64,000 nucleotides of DNA, taken from assembly GCF_964355755.1 (NCBI RefSeq), contig NC_092677.1, forward strand, positions 12,360,101 to 12,424,100. The letters run 5' to 3'. Source of the DNA: Antedon mediterranea. Lineage: Eukaryota; Animalia; Echinodermata. The notes beneath the pieces were generated by a model. The model ran no database searches. It saw nothing but the letters and a program-made list of their open reading frames with translations, and was not told where the DNA came from. Shown piece after piece: positions 1 to 12,501 of this stretch. Positions within the stretch are counted from its first letter, which is position 1. Each line of letters opens with the position of its first letter. The position numbers were made by a program, and so were the translations under genes.

Positions 1-1829
1 TGAGTATTTCAGGCCGTACCAGAGCCCTGAATTACCAAAATTGTAAGCCGTTGAAAACAAGAAAAATTTCCTCTGCTAACTGGATTAACTTGTATGTGAT
101 TAAGGCTATAACTAAATGATCAGATATGAAAAAGAAATTTATCCGAACATATGACAAGGGATTGTTTTAGCTCGGTAGGCAGTGTAGTGGTATTAGTAAC
201 CATCACAATCAAACTACACACTAGCTATGCTAGACATGTCATAGCCCATTGTTTTGTCCCATGGAGTTTCAGGAAAATTCATTCAACGAAGTCTTTTATA
301 TATATATTATATGATTGTATAAAAGTAGTCAATCATGAAAATATCCCATAAATTGAATCACATTATTATCCTAGATTATGTATAACAAATCTGCATATGC
401 AGGACGAGGACAAAGTCTCGTTCTTTAGGATGAACTAAACATTTTGGTTTAGTACGGTAGTTTAATCCAACAAGGTTGAAATATTACTGCTGTGACGTCA
501 CCTTTTAAAGCATGGAATTGGGAAGTTTTTTGGTTACTTGTGTCAGCAAATTATAAACAAAATATTTGGGCACAATATGCATACCCTCATAAAATATTGT
601 TTTATTTTAACAAAATTAACCCTTTTTTCTCGTTAGCATGTAGGATTTGAAATAATATTGTCTCTAGAGAGTTCAATGACCCCATTAAGGTCAAAATAAA
701 TTTAGTTATAAAATCAACATTGGCCAGTAAATTTGATGGCACAGTGGAGGTCTCTTGCCCAACGTACCACTTGTCTTATTTGCATGGATACAACATATAT
801 CAAAACCATGGTTACTATGGAAATCATAGTTACTATGGAAATAAGTATAAAATTAAAACAAATCTGCATTATTTGATTCTACTCGTGTACTTTTTGTGGA
901 TAAAGTGTTTTTGTTCGTAAAGTATAATTTAATAAAAGTTTTTTAAATTAGAATTTAATCTACTTTTTGCATGTTTATGGTAGCTTAAGGATTAATTTAA
1001 GAGAAATTATTTTTTATTAGTGACCAACCTAATTTTTTTATCAATCTGATCTCACCAGAGGCTTTGTTTCGAATTGCCATAAATAAAAAGGTTTTAAAAA
1101 ATATTTAATTAAAATAAAATGTGATGAGAAAGGTTGCACAATGCCATGATGATCTTACCATGATAATTGAGTCCTCCATTTATATAAAAGTCGCAAAATC
1201 AATGTGAAATTCTACCCCAAGTGACATTTTCAAAGACGTTTTGTCTTTAGTTTAACGAAATTTCAATAGTTTGAGTTTAATAAGATATTTTGAACTTGTT
1301 ACTTTGGTTGGTGTTTTGGTTAAAATCACATGTCCTGCGTGTATACAGTAATCCAAATATTTAGGTCTTTTGTTTTTTCACCATAGGATTGATGAGAGGT
1401 TAAAACTATCTGTGTGTCCCTACAACTGTAAATACTATAATAGACAATTATACAACAATGCCACAATAGGTCAAAAGTCCCATGGTATCTCAGATTGGAA
1501 GCCTTCGGTTTGGCACTTGTAATAGCCAGTAAAATTTAACATTTATTTTAATAAACAATAATATTTGTTGTGCATCGGTTAGGTTTAAATCCAACTCATT
1601 GTTTGTGGTAAAAAAAGGCACCTAAAGCCAGTTCTGCCTACTAAAGCTCTGTCCACACTATCAAACTTTTATGTGACAAACAAAATGTCATGTACCCGTA
1701 TATGGACACAATGACGACATATCACTACCATATTTGGGCAAATCACACTTTTTTTGTCGAACTAGTTTGCAGTTTGAAATGGAAAACAAAATTGCCGTTT
1801 TTTTATTCATTGTATATATACAGTAGGTA

Positions 1830-1910
1830 TCCAATTTAGAGGAGGTCCAATTTAGAGGAGGTCCAATTTAGAGGAGGTCCAATTTAGAGGAGGTCCAATT
1901 TAGAGTGGTC
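1830..1910. repeat. 16-bp tandem repeat, 5 copies
   Basis: Unit TCCAATTTAGAGGAGG. Confidence 0.92.
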
Positions 1911-2657
1911 ACAAAATGTAGCCCATATGATAAAAGTACACAATTTATTTTTTGTGTAGAAATGAACCCACTTGTAAAAATCCTGACTACACCTGTATTG
2001 CTTTTTTAACAGGGTTATGTAATTATTTTGACATTAATATTTACAAGCTTTGTGTCCCAGATGTAGTAAACATTCTGATCTTTATTTAGCAGTAATAAAA
2101 CAAAAAAAACTTTTTTGCTCAAACTGGAAGCTTGCCAAAACCTTTTTTTTATGTTTACGTCAATACCTGTGTTCTATTATTAGCCTAACTCAGTTTTCAT
2201 CACTCACTTTTACATAACTTAAATATTTACATTTGTGTTAAATTTATTTTGAAAATATGTAACATATGAATTTTGTTGAATGGAGTGGTATTTGGTATGA
2301 ATAAATTTTAACTGAGCTTTTAAAATGTTTACTAGAGTCAAGTGTGTTTACGTGAATAGGATATAGGCTCTTAGTTGTATTACTTGTCAGGTAAACAATA
2401 GTGATAATATAATCCATGTTAAAAGAAACATTTACATTTACATTACTTAAATATATACTGTACCTGTTGTTGATAAGATTAGTGCTGTAAAAGCACTATT
2501 ACTTTTTTTTTAATGAGTGGTCACAATTTCTACAGGGTGTAGTTACAAAGCCATGTAACCAATATCCATGGCACTTTCTTGCCTATGGCCCATATTAAGG
2601 AGATGCCCATTCAGACTTAGTTTAAATATTTTGTCCCAGCAAACTAGCACCTTCTAC

Positions 2658-2836
2658 AGCTCTGTCTACACTACCAAACTTTATGTGACAAAAAAAATGA
2701 GATGTGCCCATATATGGACATGATGATGTCATATCACTACCATATTTTTGGCATATCACTATCATATTTGGGCACATCACTACCATATCTGGGCACATCA
2801 TTTTTGTCAAATTAATTTGATAGTGTAGACAGAGCT
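2658..2836. mobile_element. PIF/Harbinger (Tourist-like) MITE family A, representative copy
   Basis: TIR AGCTCTGTCTACACTATCAAACT, TAA/TTA flanks and internal 21-bp repeats. Other copies at ~1643, 3838, 7240, 9190, 22025, 25192, 25845, 32395, 36540, 36731, 40161, 44059, 56430, 59966 and 60152. Confidence 0.85.
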
Positions 2837-4417
2837 TAACAGTTAACTAATTTACATAATGGACCGGTGATGGCGTTGAAAGGTTCAGCAATATTTGTAT
2901 GTTGAGTTAATGAATGAGTTAGCCAGAGCTTATTATATTGTATTGTTATTAGAACGACACACTATATCATATCATTTGTTGCAGAATTCTTTGACCTACT
3001 TGGGTTTCTAATACTATAGTAGGTATATAAAGTGTGTATGCTGATGTTTCTGATTTTGTAGGTTATATTATAACAAATAAAATAGTAAAATGATATTATA
3101 CAGTATACCTAAACTTCCTTTCAGTTTCATTTGAATTAAAAGTGGTACACTAAAAGTCCCTAAAAAATACTTGTATTGTTACCCACTTGGGTTTCTATAG
3201 TAATAAAGTGTGTACGCTGATGTTTCTGATTTTATGATATACAATACAATGGTTGAATAATATACAATATAACTAAATTTTCTTTTAATTTCATTTCATG
3301 TACACATTTTATACCAAAAGCCCCTAAAAAATGCTTTTTTACCTACTTGGTGTGTACTGATGTTTCTTATATTCTAGATATTATGATGTGAAAATATAAT
3401 GGTAAAATGATATACAGTACAGTTACTAAATTCTCTTTCAATTTCAATTGAAGTAAACATTGTACCCTAAAAAGTATTTGTATTTTTACCTCTTATTTAA
3501 CCGTACTATTGAATGCCAATAGGAAATTAAAATCATTTGTACTGTACTGAAATCTTTCACAGAAGAATTCATTGAAGTCTTTGCCAGTAAAGTTGTTTTT
3601 ACCATCGGAAAAATCATGCTGTCAACCAGGACAGGATTTGAACCCAGACCCTGGGATTGGTAGCTACAAAAACCATTACCAAATAAGTAATTTGTTAAAA
3701 ATGTCCTAATTATCAAGTTCATTATTATCACCATCTAAATTCTAATCTTTCTAGTAATATTTTCTTGAAAAAAATATATATATATAAATTTTATATACAA
3801 AACCAACCAACAATAGTGTATTGGTATTGGTCTATCTATCTCTGTCTACACTATCAAACTAGTTTGTAGTATTAGTAGCGATATCCCCAAAATGGTAGTG
3901 ATACTGTATGACATCATCCTGTCCATATGTGCACATCACATTTTTTTGTCACAAAAAGTTTGATAGTGTAGATAGAGCTTTCATGCATAAAATGTATGTC
4001 CCAGCACATAACTTCCGTTTTACACACAATATATTTTTAAACATTGTGGTGGAGTTTTTTTCAGCTTAGTCATAGCATTGTTATGTTGGGTGGTTATATT
4101 TGTTTCAAAAGCTGAATGAATTTTGGTCATTCAGGCTGTTTAATATGAACTTCAATTGTATGGTAATTTACTAAATCCTTCAAATTCAATTTTAAGAATT
4201 CTAATAATTCTCTTGAGAAATCCACTTAATTAAAAGCTGAGTAATCACGCTTAGGTTTAAGACTTAGAAAATCAAATTGTGATTTCTTAATTCAATCTTC
4301 ATTATTCATCATTAAGAATAACTTATTTATCTTTATAACTAATGATGAAACAAATATTTGAAGTACTGTAATGCCAGAAATTACTTTCTTTAATATTAGA
4401 AAATGTATCATATCCTC

Positions 4418-4760
4418 AGCATTTATTTCCCAGAAGCCCTGTAATCATACTATAATGCTCTGTGTGAAAAAAGGTTAATGAACTAAAGGCTGTAAAACCA
4501 TTATGATGGGTTTCAATGAACATTCATGAAAGCATTTATTTCCCAGAAGCCCTGCAATCATACTATAATGCGCTGTATGCAATCATGGTTAATGCACTAA
4601 AGGCTTTAAAACCATTATGGGTTTCAATGAATATTCATGAAGCATTTATTTCCCAGAAGCCCTGCATCATACTATAATGCTCTGAATGCAAACAATGTTA
4701 ATGCACTAAAGGCTTTAAAACCCATTATGTTAAGTTTCAATGAATGAATATTCATGAAGT
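4418..4760. repeat. ~110-bp tandem repeat, 3 copies
   Basis: AGCATTTATTTCCCAGAAGCCCTG at 4418, 4531 and 4641. Confidence 0.9.
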
Positions 4761-6168
4761 AATAAACTTGGTTCAACAATTTCCTGTTATTGTGGCTGCA
4801 TGACTTGAACCTATACGTTGGAATTTGTAGGCAAGTATATCAACCACCAAGCTACAATGTCACTATGATGTTGCATTGTAAACGTGCAAAGTATTCACTT
4901 TTTTTAAGAGGTGGGATAAAGAGATCAAAAAGTACAAACACTCAGAACTAATCCGAGATACAGTACTAATAATATAATGATTTGACAAAAAACAACCATA
5001 TTTATATATCAGTAGAGAACAATAGGCCTACTCAAGGATTGGAATTTCTTATTCAAATCTGATTTTATATCTAATGTAAATCTGTTTGAATGATATAAAT
5101 TTGAAAAATAGTTAGATTACTTACATATTTAATATGCTATAATCATTAGTGCTGGAGAACGAAGCGGTGTAAATGGTTCTTCTGCTTATCTTAGGATATT
5201 ATATGGATTATGTGTGTGATGTGTAAAGTGCTTACAAACATTGTATTAAGCTCTAAGCCTATGTTGTACCCCTTTCACACCAAAAGCAAAACTCCGGAGA
5301 CACTCCAGAGTTTTGGTGTGAAAGGGGTATAAGACTACCATCATTATTATTATTACTAAATACAGTAGGAAACACTGCATTTATGTTTTGTTTATATATA
5401 ATTTACTAAATACAATTTTCATTACAGACAAAATGAAGATATGGTTTTCAGCTTTTGCCAAACAGAGGATACACTCATCCAGCTGGTGTAAGGTCCAATA
5501 TTATTTGTTCAAATTCTAATTCTCCATACTGTATCTATACTACAGTATTATAGGCAAATTCTATGATACAGTGTCACATATATATCACATCACAAAACTA
5601 GATTTCTTTATGGGGGTATATACACTTCAAGTTAAACAAAATTGTATGTACAGTAATCATTAGTATCCACCTAGTCTAGGCTATAGACCATAATACAGTA
5701 TTAGTAAAAAGATATATATTTAGGCACATATGGCGTTTCATATGTATAATACTTGAGCTCACAATTTCCAGACAAACATAAAAAATAGAAAATAAATACA
5801 AACTAGGGGCTATAGTCTAGTATCCACCACGAATTCGAAGAATAACTACCCGTTATTTTTCAAATCTGATATTATTATAATCTCAGTTATCTCAGGTGTT
5901 TCAATACAATATAATATACACAATACACTTGTTGTCGATTTTGGCACTTCATAAGGATGCAGATTTTGAGGTTTAGATTTCTCAGAAGAAGGATGTGCTT
6001 ACACTTCCTTCCGATGACAACATTAATTCTCGCGCACACCTAATCTCACATTCCTGGATATAAACTGATATTTATTCGTTCTAAATGATATGGACATTGA
6101 GAAGGGTTAAGGTATAAGTTTAATTATTTCATGCCCACTTACCTGGATAAATCGACATTAGCCCGGCC

Positions 6169-7074
6169 GCGATTTTTTTTTTCGTACATAAGTTGGGGAC
6201 CCCCTCATGAAACGTCACAAAATATACATGAATAATTCATCAGTTAAATGTTCTTGTTCCGTGTGCACCCAAGCGTATAGCAACAAGAAGTGATTACACA
6301 AGTGCGGTACGATTCTAGGCCTATCTCCGCGCTTTTGTTGCGCGTGCGATTTCATAGAATAGCGGCGTTTTGTGTGGATTGTCGAAATAATCAGCCTTTA
6401 TAGTTTATGATAGTGTTTTTAATATAATGTATTACTAAAGAATTACGTGTTAAAATTATAGTTTCTATTAATACTATTAGGCCTTGGCCTAATTATTAGT
6501 CTCTAAACATATGTCTATTCTAGTAGAGCTGTGTGTGTGTGTGTGTGTGTGTGTTATAGGTATGATCCGAGTAATACGGTCAGCAAAATTAAACAATAAA
6601 CATTACACAAAAATACATTTTTTATTCTCGTGGGTCTAATATTCCCATCTCATGTGTTCATATACGCGCATTTTTAAAGTTCCTTTGAGTACATGCATTG
6701 TTTGATAATAAAATAGCAGAATTTAAAAAAATACAGTACACAAATTATACACATTCTTTATTCTTGTGGGTCTAAGCTTTCTTTGGGCTATGTCCAATGA
6801 ATTACTACTTAGTTTAATGTCTTGCCTAGCTGTCGATTAGCCTCGACTCGACACATTTTGTGTGAAGAAGAGTGCGCGAAGGCAATCGCGTGAATTGACT
6901 TATCCTAGGCCTACTGTAGAAAGTATCGTATCGCAGTTGTGTAATCGCTTCTTGTTGCTATACGCTTGGGTGCGCGCACACACGGAACAACAAATTTAAC
7001 TGATGAATTATTCATGTTTATTTTGTGACGTTTCATGAGGGGGTCCCCAACTTATGTACGAAAAAAAAAATCGC
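6169..7074. mobile_element. Non-autonomous Mutator-like (MULE) element
   Basis: ~150-bp terminal inverted repeats (GCGATTTTTTTTTCGTACATAAGTTGGGGACCCCC...) and a 9-bp target-site duplication AGCCCGGCC at 6160-6168 and 7075-7083. No ORF. Confidence 0.85.
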
Positions 7075-8811
7075 AGCCCGGCCGTGCCCGTAGGTGCTCT
7101 CCAGAAGAAAAAAATAAAGTTTATTATGTTAAAACGCACAGTGTACACTATAATATATTAATAATTTAAAGTAAAATATTTGAAATAGCAATGATCTATG
7201 TTTAAAAATAATGTTTATGGCCAGGTAGCCTATCTCTAAAGGTCTGTGTCTACATATAGGCCTACTATCAAACTTTATTTGACAACAAATTAATGTGATG
7301 TGCGAATATATTATGGACATGATGATGTCATATCACTACCATATTTGGGCACATCACACTTTTTGTCCAAACTATTTTGGTAGTGTAGACAGAGCCATTG
7401 ACCGATAATGCTATGACACGTTGGTAACGGTAAAAAGATGAGTTATTGCCTTCTTCGCCCATTATTACCACGGGATTTTAGAGTGATGTTCAAATCCGAT
7501 GGAATCAATTTTACAATTATTTTGTTTAACTAATTATATGCTTCTTCTGATGTTTATGTATCCGTCTTTTTACAAAATGCAATGATTGATTGTTCACTAA
7601 TGGATACATATTACATTTGAACCGCCATTATTTATTTATAATGAACGATTGGGTTACTAAACGAATGTTTTTATTTGTAAAAGTGTATGCATTAAACTTA
7701 ACTATACGTAACGTATAATTCTGTAACCGTGCGATCGACCATTATTAAGGTTACAAAACCATGGCAACAGCATTGAGGTTTCTAGTTAATATATATATGT
7801 TGATAAAATGTGTTTTTGTTAATTATACGTTATTCTCTGAGATGCAGGTATACGATATACAGCAATATAAATCTGTCAAGTGTTAGAACCTAAGAGTAAG
7901 ACGACAAGGTATAAATGTAAATGTTAGATCACATTTTCTTGTCTAGGCTTAATTGTTCATTCATTTTGTAAATGAAAGGTATTTTGAAGCACGTTAATTA
8001 GGTATATGGCAACTTAAATTCTTTTTAACATCCATGGAATTCCACATTTCTACGTGTTTTTTTACTCAGCTCGATCTGGTTTCTGTTTTATCCGCTCCAC
8101 TCAGAAGCAAACGAAGTAGTTGCTATGGAAGACAATTACCGCCAAACATACAATTACAAACATACAATGTATTCGCAGAAACGTACAACGTAAGTGCCTT
8201 CAATACTTACGTAATTAAAATACGGTACTACAATAATACCTTAATTACTAATTCATTCGTAATGTTTATTCCTAAACTTGATGACGATGGTGAACAAGGA
8301 GAGGAGAGAAAAAGGAGATGGTCGACTGACGTCCTGCCCTCGGTGCCATATCAATAGAATAATTAAATAAATTGTATTAAAATTCGTTTATTCGGGGGAT
8401 GCGTTTATTCAAAGCGGGGCGTTTATTTTGAATAAATACATACTGTACATGTTATGTATATAACTTGATGGCTATTGTGTTATTACATCTATATTTGGCC
8501 CTCCTACCTGATTAACCCAATCCAAGCAAAAAGTTTCCGTTAATTTTATGAGTAATTTCCTGTTGGTATATAATTGCATCGGTACTTGATGATGCATAGT
8601 TGTAGGGAATAAACAATTTTACTCGACGATGAGAGCGTTATTATCATCGTATTGTACCACCAAGGTCAGATAATGACATTGAAAAGATAAAGAGGGATGT
8701 GGTGTGGCATATGGAAGTGGGTGTTCAACCTAATCCGTTACTTTTTTTGTCACGCGTATACATACTTGGTATTTTTTGTGTGACCATATTTCATAATTGC
8801 TGATCATTAGG

Positions 8812-8990
8812 GACCCTCAGAGGTTCACAAGACAAACATATACCGTACTCAAAGTCTTATTACAAGTCTTTGGGAGTGGAGTTGTAATTAATTGTGTCCT
8901 TAGAAAAAAATCCTGACATGTGACGGGAGTTGAACCCCAGACCATTGGAGTGGTAGCCAAGCATCATAACCACCAAGCCACAACACGACC
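8812..8990 (-). mobile_element. tRNA-headed SINE, same family as 24655-24890
   Basis: A box TGGCTTGGTGG and B box GGTTCAACTCC on the minus strand, plus the shared body. Confidence 0.65.
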
Positions 8991-9334
8991 TGTCCATAGA
9001 GTACATTAGCAACACAACAGAAAATGTTACAGACCAATAATTGGTGCTCAGGTAATACGTCTGTGCAATACCTGTAGTATAGCATTAAGTGTCTATATAA
9101 TACTAGACTATAGGCCTACACCGGCAATTGCATCAAAGCGAGGTTTGGAGTGTATTCCCAGTCTAAAGTTCCCAATAGGATATAACGCAAGGCTAGTGAT
9201 ATGACATCACCATGTCCTGACATATTATATGGGCACATCACATGTTTTTGTCACATACAGTTTGATAGAGATATGTATCTTTAGATGGATATTGTAACAC
9301 CCCCTCTGTAGTGTCCAAATTGATAACTGACATA

Positions 9335-11080
9335 CCGTAAATTTTATAATTGTAACCCTGGGTTATTATTCTTTGATTGTTTTTTATGTTGGGTTACTAT
9401 TAGAGTAGTGGGTAACTATTACTAATCTTAAATTAGGCACCTGAAAATAGTAACCCACCCCCAACTTTTCCAGTCAGCAACTCATAGAAAAATAATTAAA
9501 CAGTACGAATAAACACATTTTTAACTTAAAGAACTTTATTTATAAACTCAAAAACACTCAATCCTCTCCCCACTCCCGAGATCAACATGCAATATCTTCT
9601 TGTTTTCAAAATACGGCTGCATCATAAGTTTTTGTGACTCTAATAGTAACCCCCATGGGTTTCTAATAGAGTAGTGGGTTGTTATTATAGATTGACTTAT
9701 AAGGTTACTATTAGAAGGGGGTTACTATTAGAGTAGTGGGTTATTATTATAGATTGACTTATAAGGTGGGTTACTATTAGAAGGGGGTTACTATTAGAGT
9801 AGTGGGTTGTTATTATAGATTGACTTATAAGGTGGGTTACTATTAGAAGGGGGTTACTATTAGAGTAGTGGGTTATTATTATAGATTGACTTATAAGGTG
9901 GGTTACTATTAGAAGGGGGGTTACTATTAGAGTAGTGGGTTGTTATTATAGATTGACTTATAAGGTGGGTTACTATTAGAAGGGGGTTACTATTAGAGTA
10001 GTGGGTTGTTATTATAGATTGACTTATAAGGTGGGTTACTATTAGAAGGGGGTTACTATTAGAGTAGTGGGTTGTTATTATAGATTGACTTATAAGGTGG
10101 GTTACTATTAGAAGGGGGTTACTATTAGAGTAGTGGGTTACTATAGAGTAGTGGGTTGTTATTATAGATTGACTTATAAGGTGGGTTACTATTAGAAGGG
10201 GGTTACTATTAGAGTAGTGGGTTGTTATTATAGATTGACTTATAAGGTGGGTTACTATTAGAAGGGGGTTACTATTAGAGTAGTGGGTTGTTATTATAGA
10301 TTGACTTATAAGGTGGGTTACTATTAGAAGGGGGTTACTATTAGAGTAGTGGGTTGTTATTATAGATTGACTTATAAGGTGGGTTACTATTAGAAGGGGG
10401 TTACTATTAGAGTAGTGGGTTGTTATTATAGATTGACTTATAAGGTGGGTTACTATTAGAAGGGGGTTACTATTAGAGTAGTGGGTTATTATTATAGATT
10501 GACTTATAAGGTGGGTTACTATTAGAAGGGGTTACTATTAGAGTAGTGGGTTGTTATTATAGATTGACTTATAAGGTGGGTTACTATTAGAAGGGGGATA
10601 CTATTAGAGTAGTGGGTTATTATTATAGATTGACTTATAAGGTGGGTTACTATTAGAAGGGGGTTACTATTAGAGTAGTGGGTTATTATTATAGATTGAC
10701 TTATAAGGTGGGTTACTATTAGTAGGGGGTTACTATTAGAGTAGTGGGTTGTTATTATAGATTGACTTATAAGGTGGGTTACTATTAGTAGGGGGTTACT
10801 ATTAGAGTAGTGGGTTATTATTATAGATTGACTTATAAGGTGGGTTACTATTAGAAGGGGGTTACTATTAGAGTAGTGGGTTATTATTATAGATTGACTT
10901 ATAAGGTGGGTTACTATTAGAAGGGGGTTACTATTAGAGTAGTGGGTTGTTATTATAGATTGACTTATAAGGTCGGTTACTATTAGAAGGGGGTTACTAT
11001 TAGAGTGTGGGTTATTATTATAGATTGACTTATAAGGTGGGTTACTATTAGAGTGTGGGTTACTAATAGAAGATTTACGG
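9335..11080. mobile_element. Tc1/mariner-like MITE containing an expanded satellite
   Basis: Imperfect TIRs CCGTAAATTTTATAATTGTAACCC and GGGTTACTAATAGAAGATTTACGG, with TA at the left flank. Confidence 0.7.
9657..11070. repeat. 66-bp tandem repeat, ~21 copies
   Basis: Unit TTAGAGTAGTGGGTTGTTATTATAGATTGACTTATAAGGTGGGTTACTATTAGAAGGGGGTTACTA, near-identical head to tail. Confidence 0.97.
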
Positions 11081-12501
11081 AACCCCTATACTAGTAATTT
11101 CCTCCGCACATCTCTCTTATCATTGGCACATGTAATTATGCCTATCTAATGTTTACATTCCGAAGGTGTCACAATCTCGCTTTTGCTTAATTGCAATTAA
11201 TTTGCATATCTGTATTGTTCACTGTGTCTTTTATGTAACTGTAGATGTTTAATTAATCTTGAGACAGATATAAATCATTGAAATTGTGTCTCTTTTCGTG
11301 GTTTGCTGATGTATTTTATTAATTGCAATTCTCATATCTGTATTGTTCACTGTGTCTTTTATGTAACTGTAGGTGTTTAATTAATCTTGAGACAGATATA
11401 AATCATTGAAATGGTGTCTCATGATTTGCTGATGCATTTTATTACAGCAGTAATTAAGCTGCATGTTATTATCTACAGCACTTGCTAAATATTATTATTA
11501 ATTACCCTAAGGAAGAGTGAAATGTCACTCTTCCCTGATTAACCGAAGTAAGTAACAAATCGTAAACAATTTCGCTTTGTATTTTGCGGACGACTCGTGA
11601 GTTTCGTATCGCAAATTTAGCGGATATTAATATTGGATTTATATTATATTTTTTTGCATGGCTAGATGTCGTTTATTGAGACTTTCAATTCAATAAACGA
11701 ATAGTACAATATTTAAATCTGTAAACATTATAACGTCCAATTAAGCAATAATGCATTGTTTCAGTTTTCAAATATTGTATAGCTATACTAGATGTGATGA
11801 TTATTGTCAGTAATCGTATTTTATATTAATGAAAGTGCATTGTAATAAATCAAACATTAGACCGCATTTATGAATGTTAAAAATTATTTATTCAGATAAA
11901 ATAGTATCACAATCGGCATTAAAGTGTTCTTTTTTTATTTTACAAACAATTGTCACATATGCAAATACAGAGACCAATTCAATTGATAAAACACCCACGT
12001 GACTCTTAAAAGAACAATTAAAAGCAATAATTAATATCGCTCCTTTGTTTTTCTTAGCTGTGTCTTCGCTTATGATGACAAGCATGTTTGGTTAGAATGA
12101 GAAAGTATTTTCTTAAGCCAGATTTAAGACTAATAAAGTAAATGGAATTAGATATATACAATGACAAGTGTACCAAGTGGGTTTGCGTGTAGGCCCCGCC
12201 CCCTAATCTACTTCACGCGCAGGTTTGTTCTTTTCTGTGCGCACTTCTCTTTGACACAGAACATTGTTTATGTTTGGTGGAAAATCTAGGCTATGATTTG
12301 GAACAAAAAATAATAAAATGCTGTGACTTGGCTTAATACTTTAGCCTAAATTTATAGTGGTGTACAATCAAGACAATCTTCAACGGAACCGTCGGATATA
12401 TTAATAGAGCTATTGATTGTAGAGTCAGTCTGTAGTTTGCATTCGTCGAAGAAGGTTCATTGTCAGTTTTTGTAAATTCAGTTCTTTAAGCGTCTTTTAA
12501 A

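Noticed and set aside
2-46. Possible last codons of an upstream gene (EYFRPYQSPELPKL*) followed by a long 3' UTR
   Set aside because: Too short to identify; it needs sequence left of the window.
8034-8357. 107-aa ORF
   Set aside because: No recognisable domain, no consistent splice partners, and it is adjacent to MITE-like ends.
9657-11070. Regular array that could be mistaken for CRISPR (also 34180-34368, 39191-39460 and 57410-59109)
   Set aside because: Units are head to tail with no unique spacers, there are no cas genes, and the context is eukaryotic.
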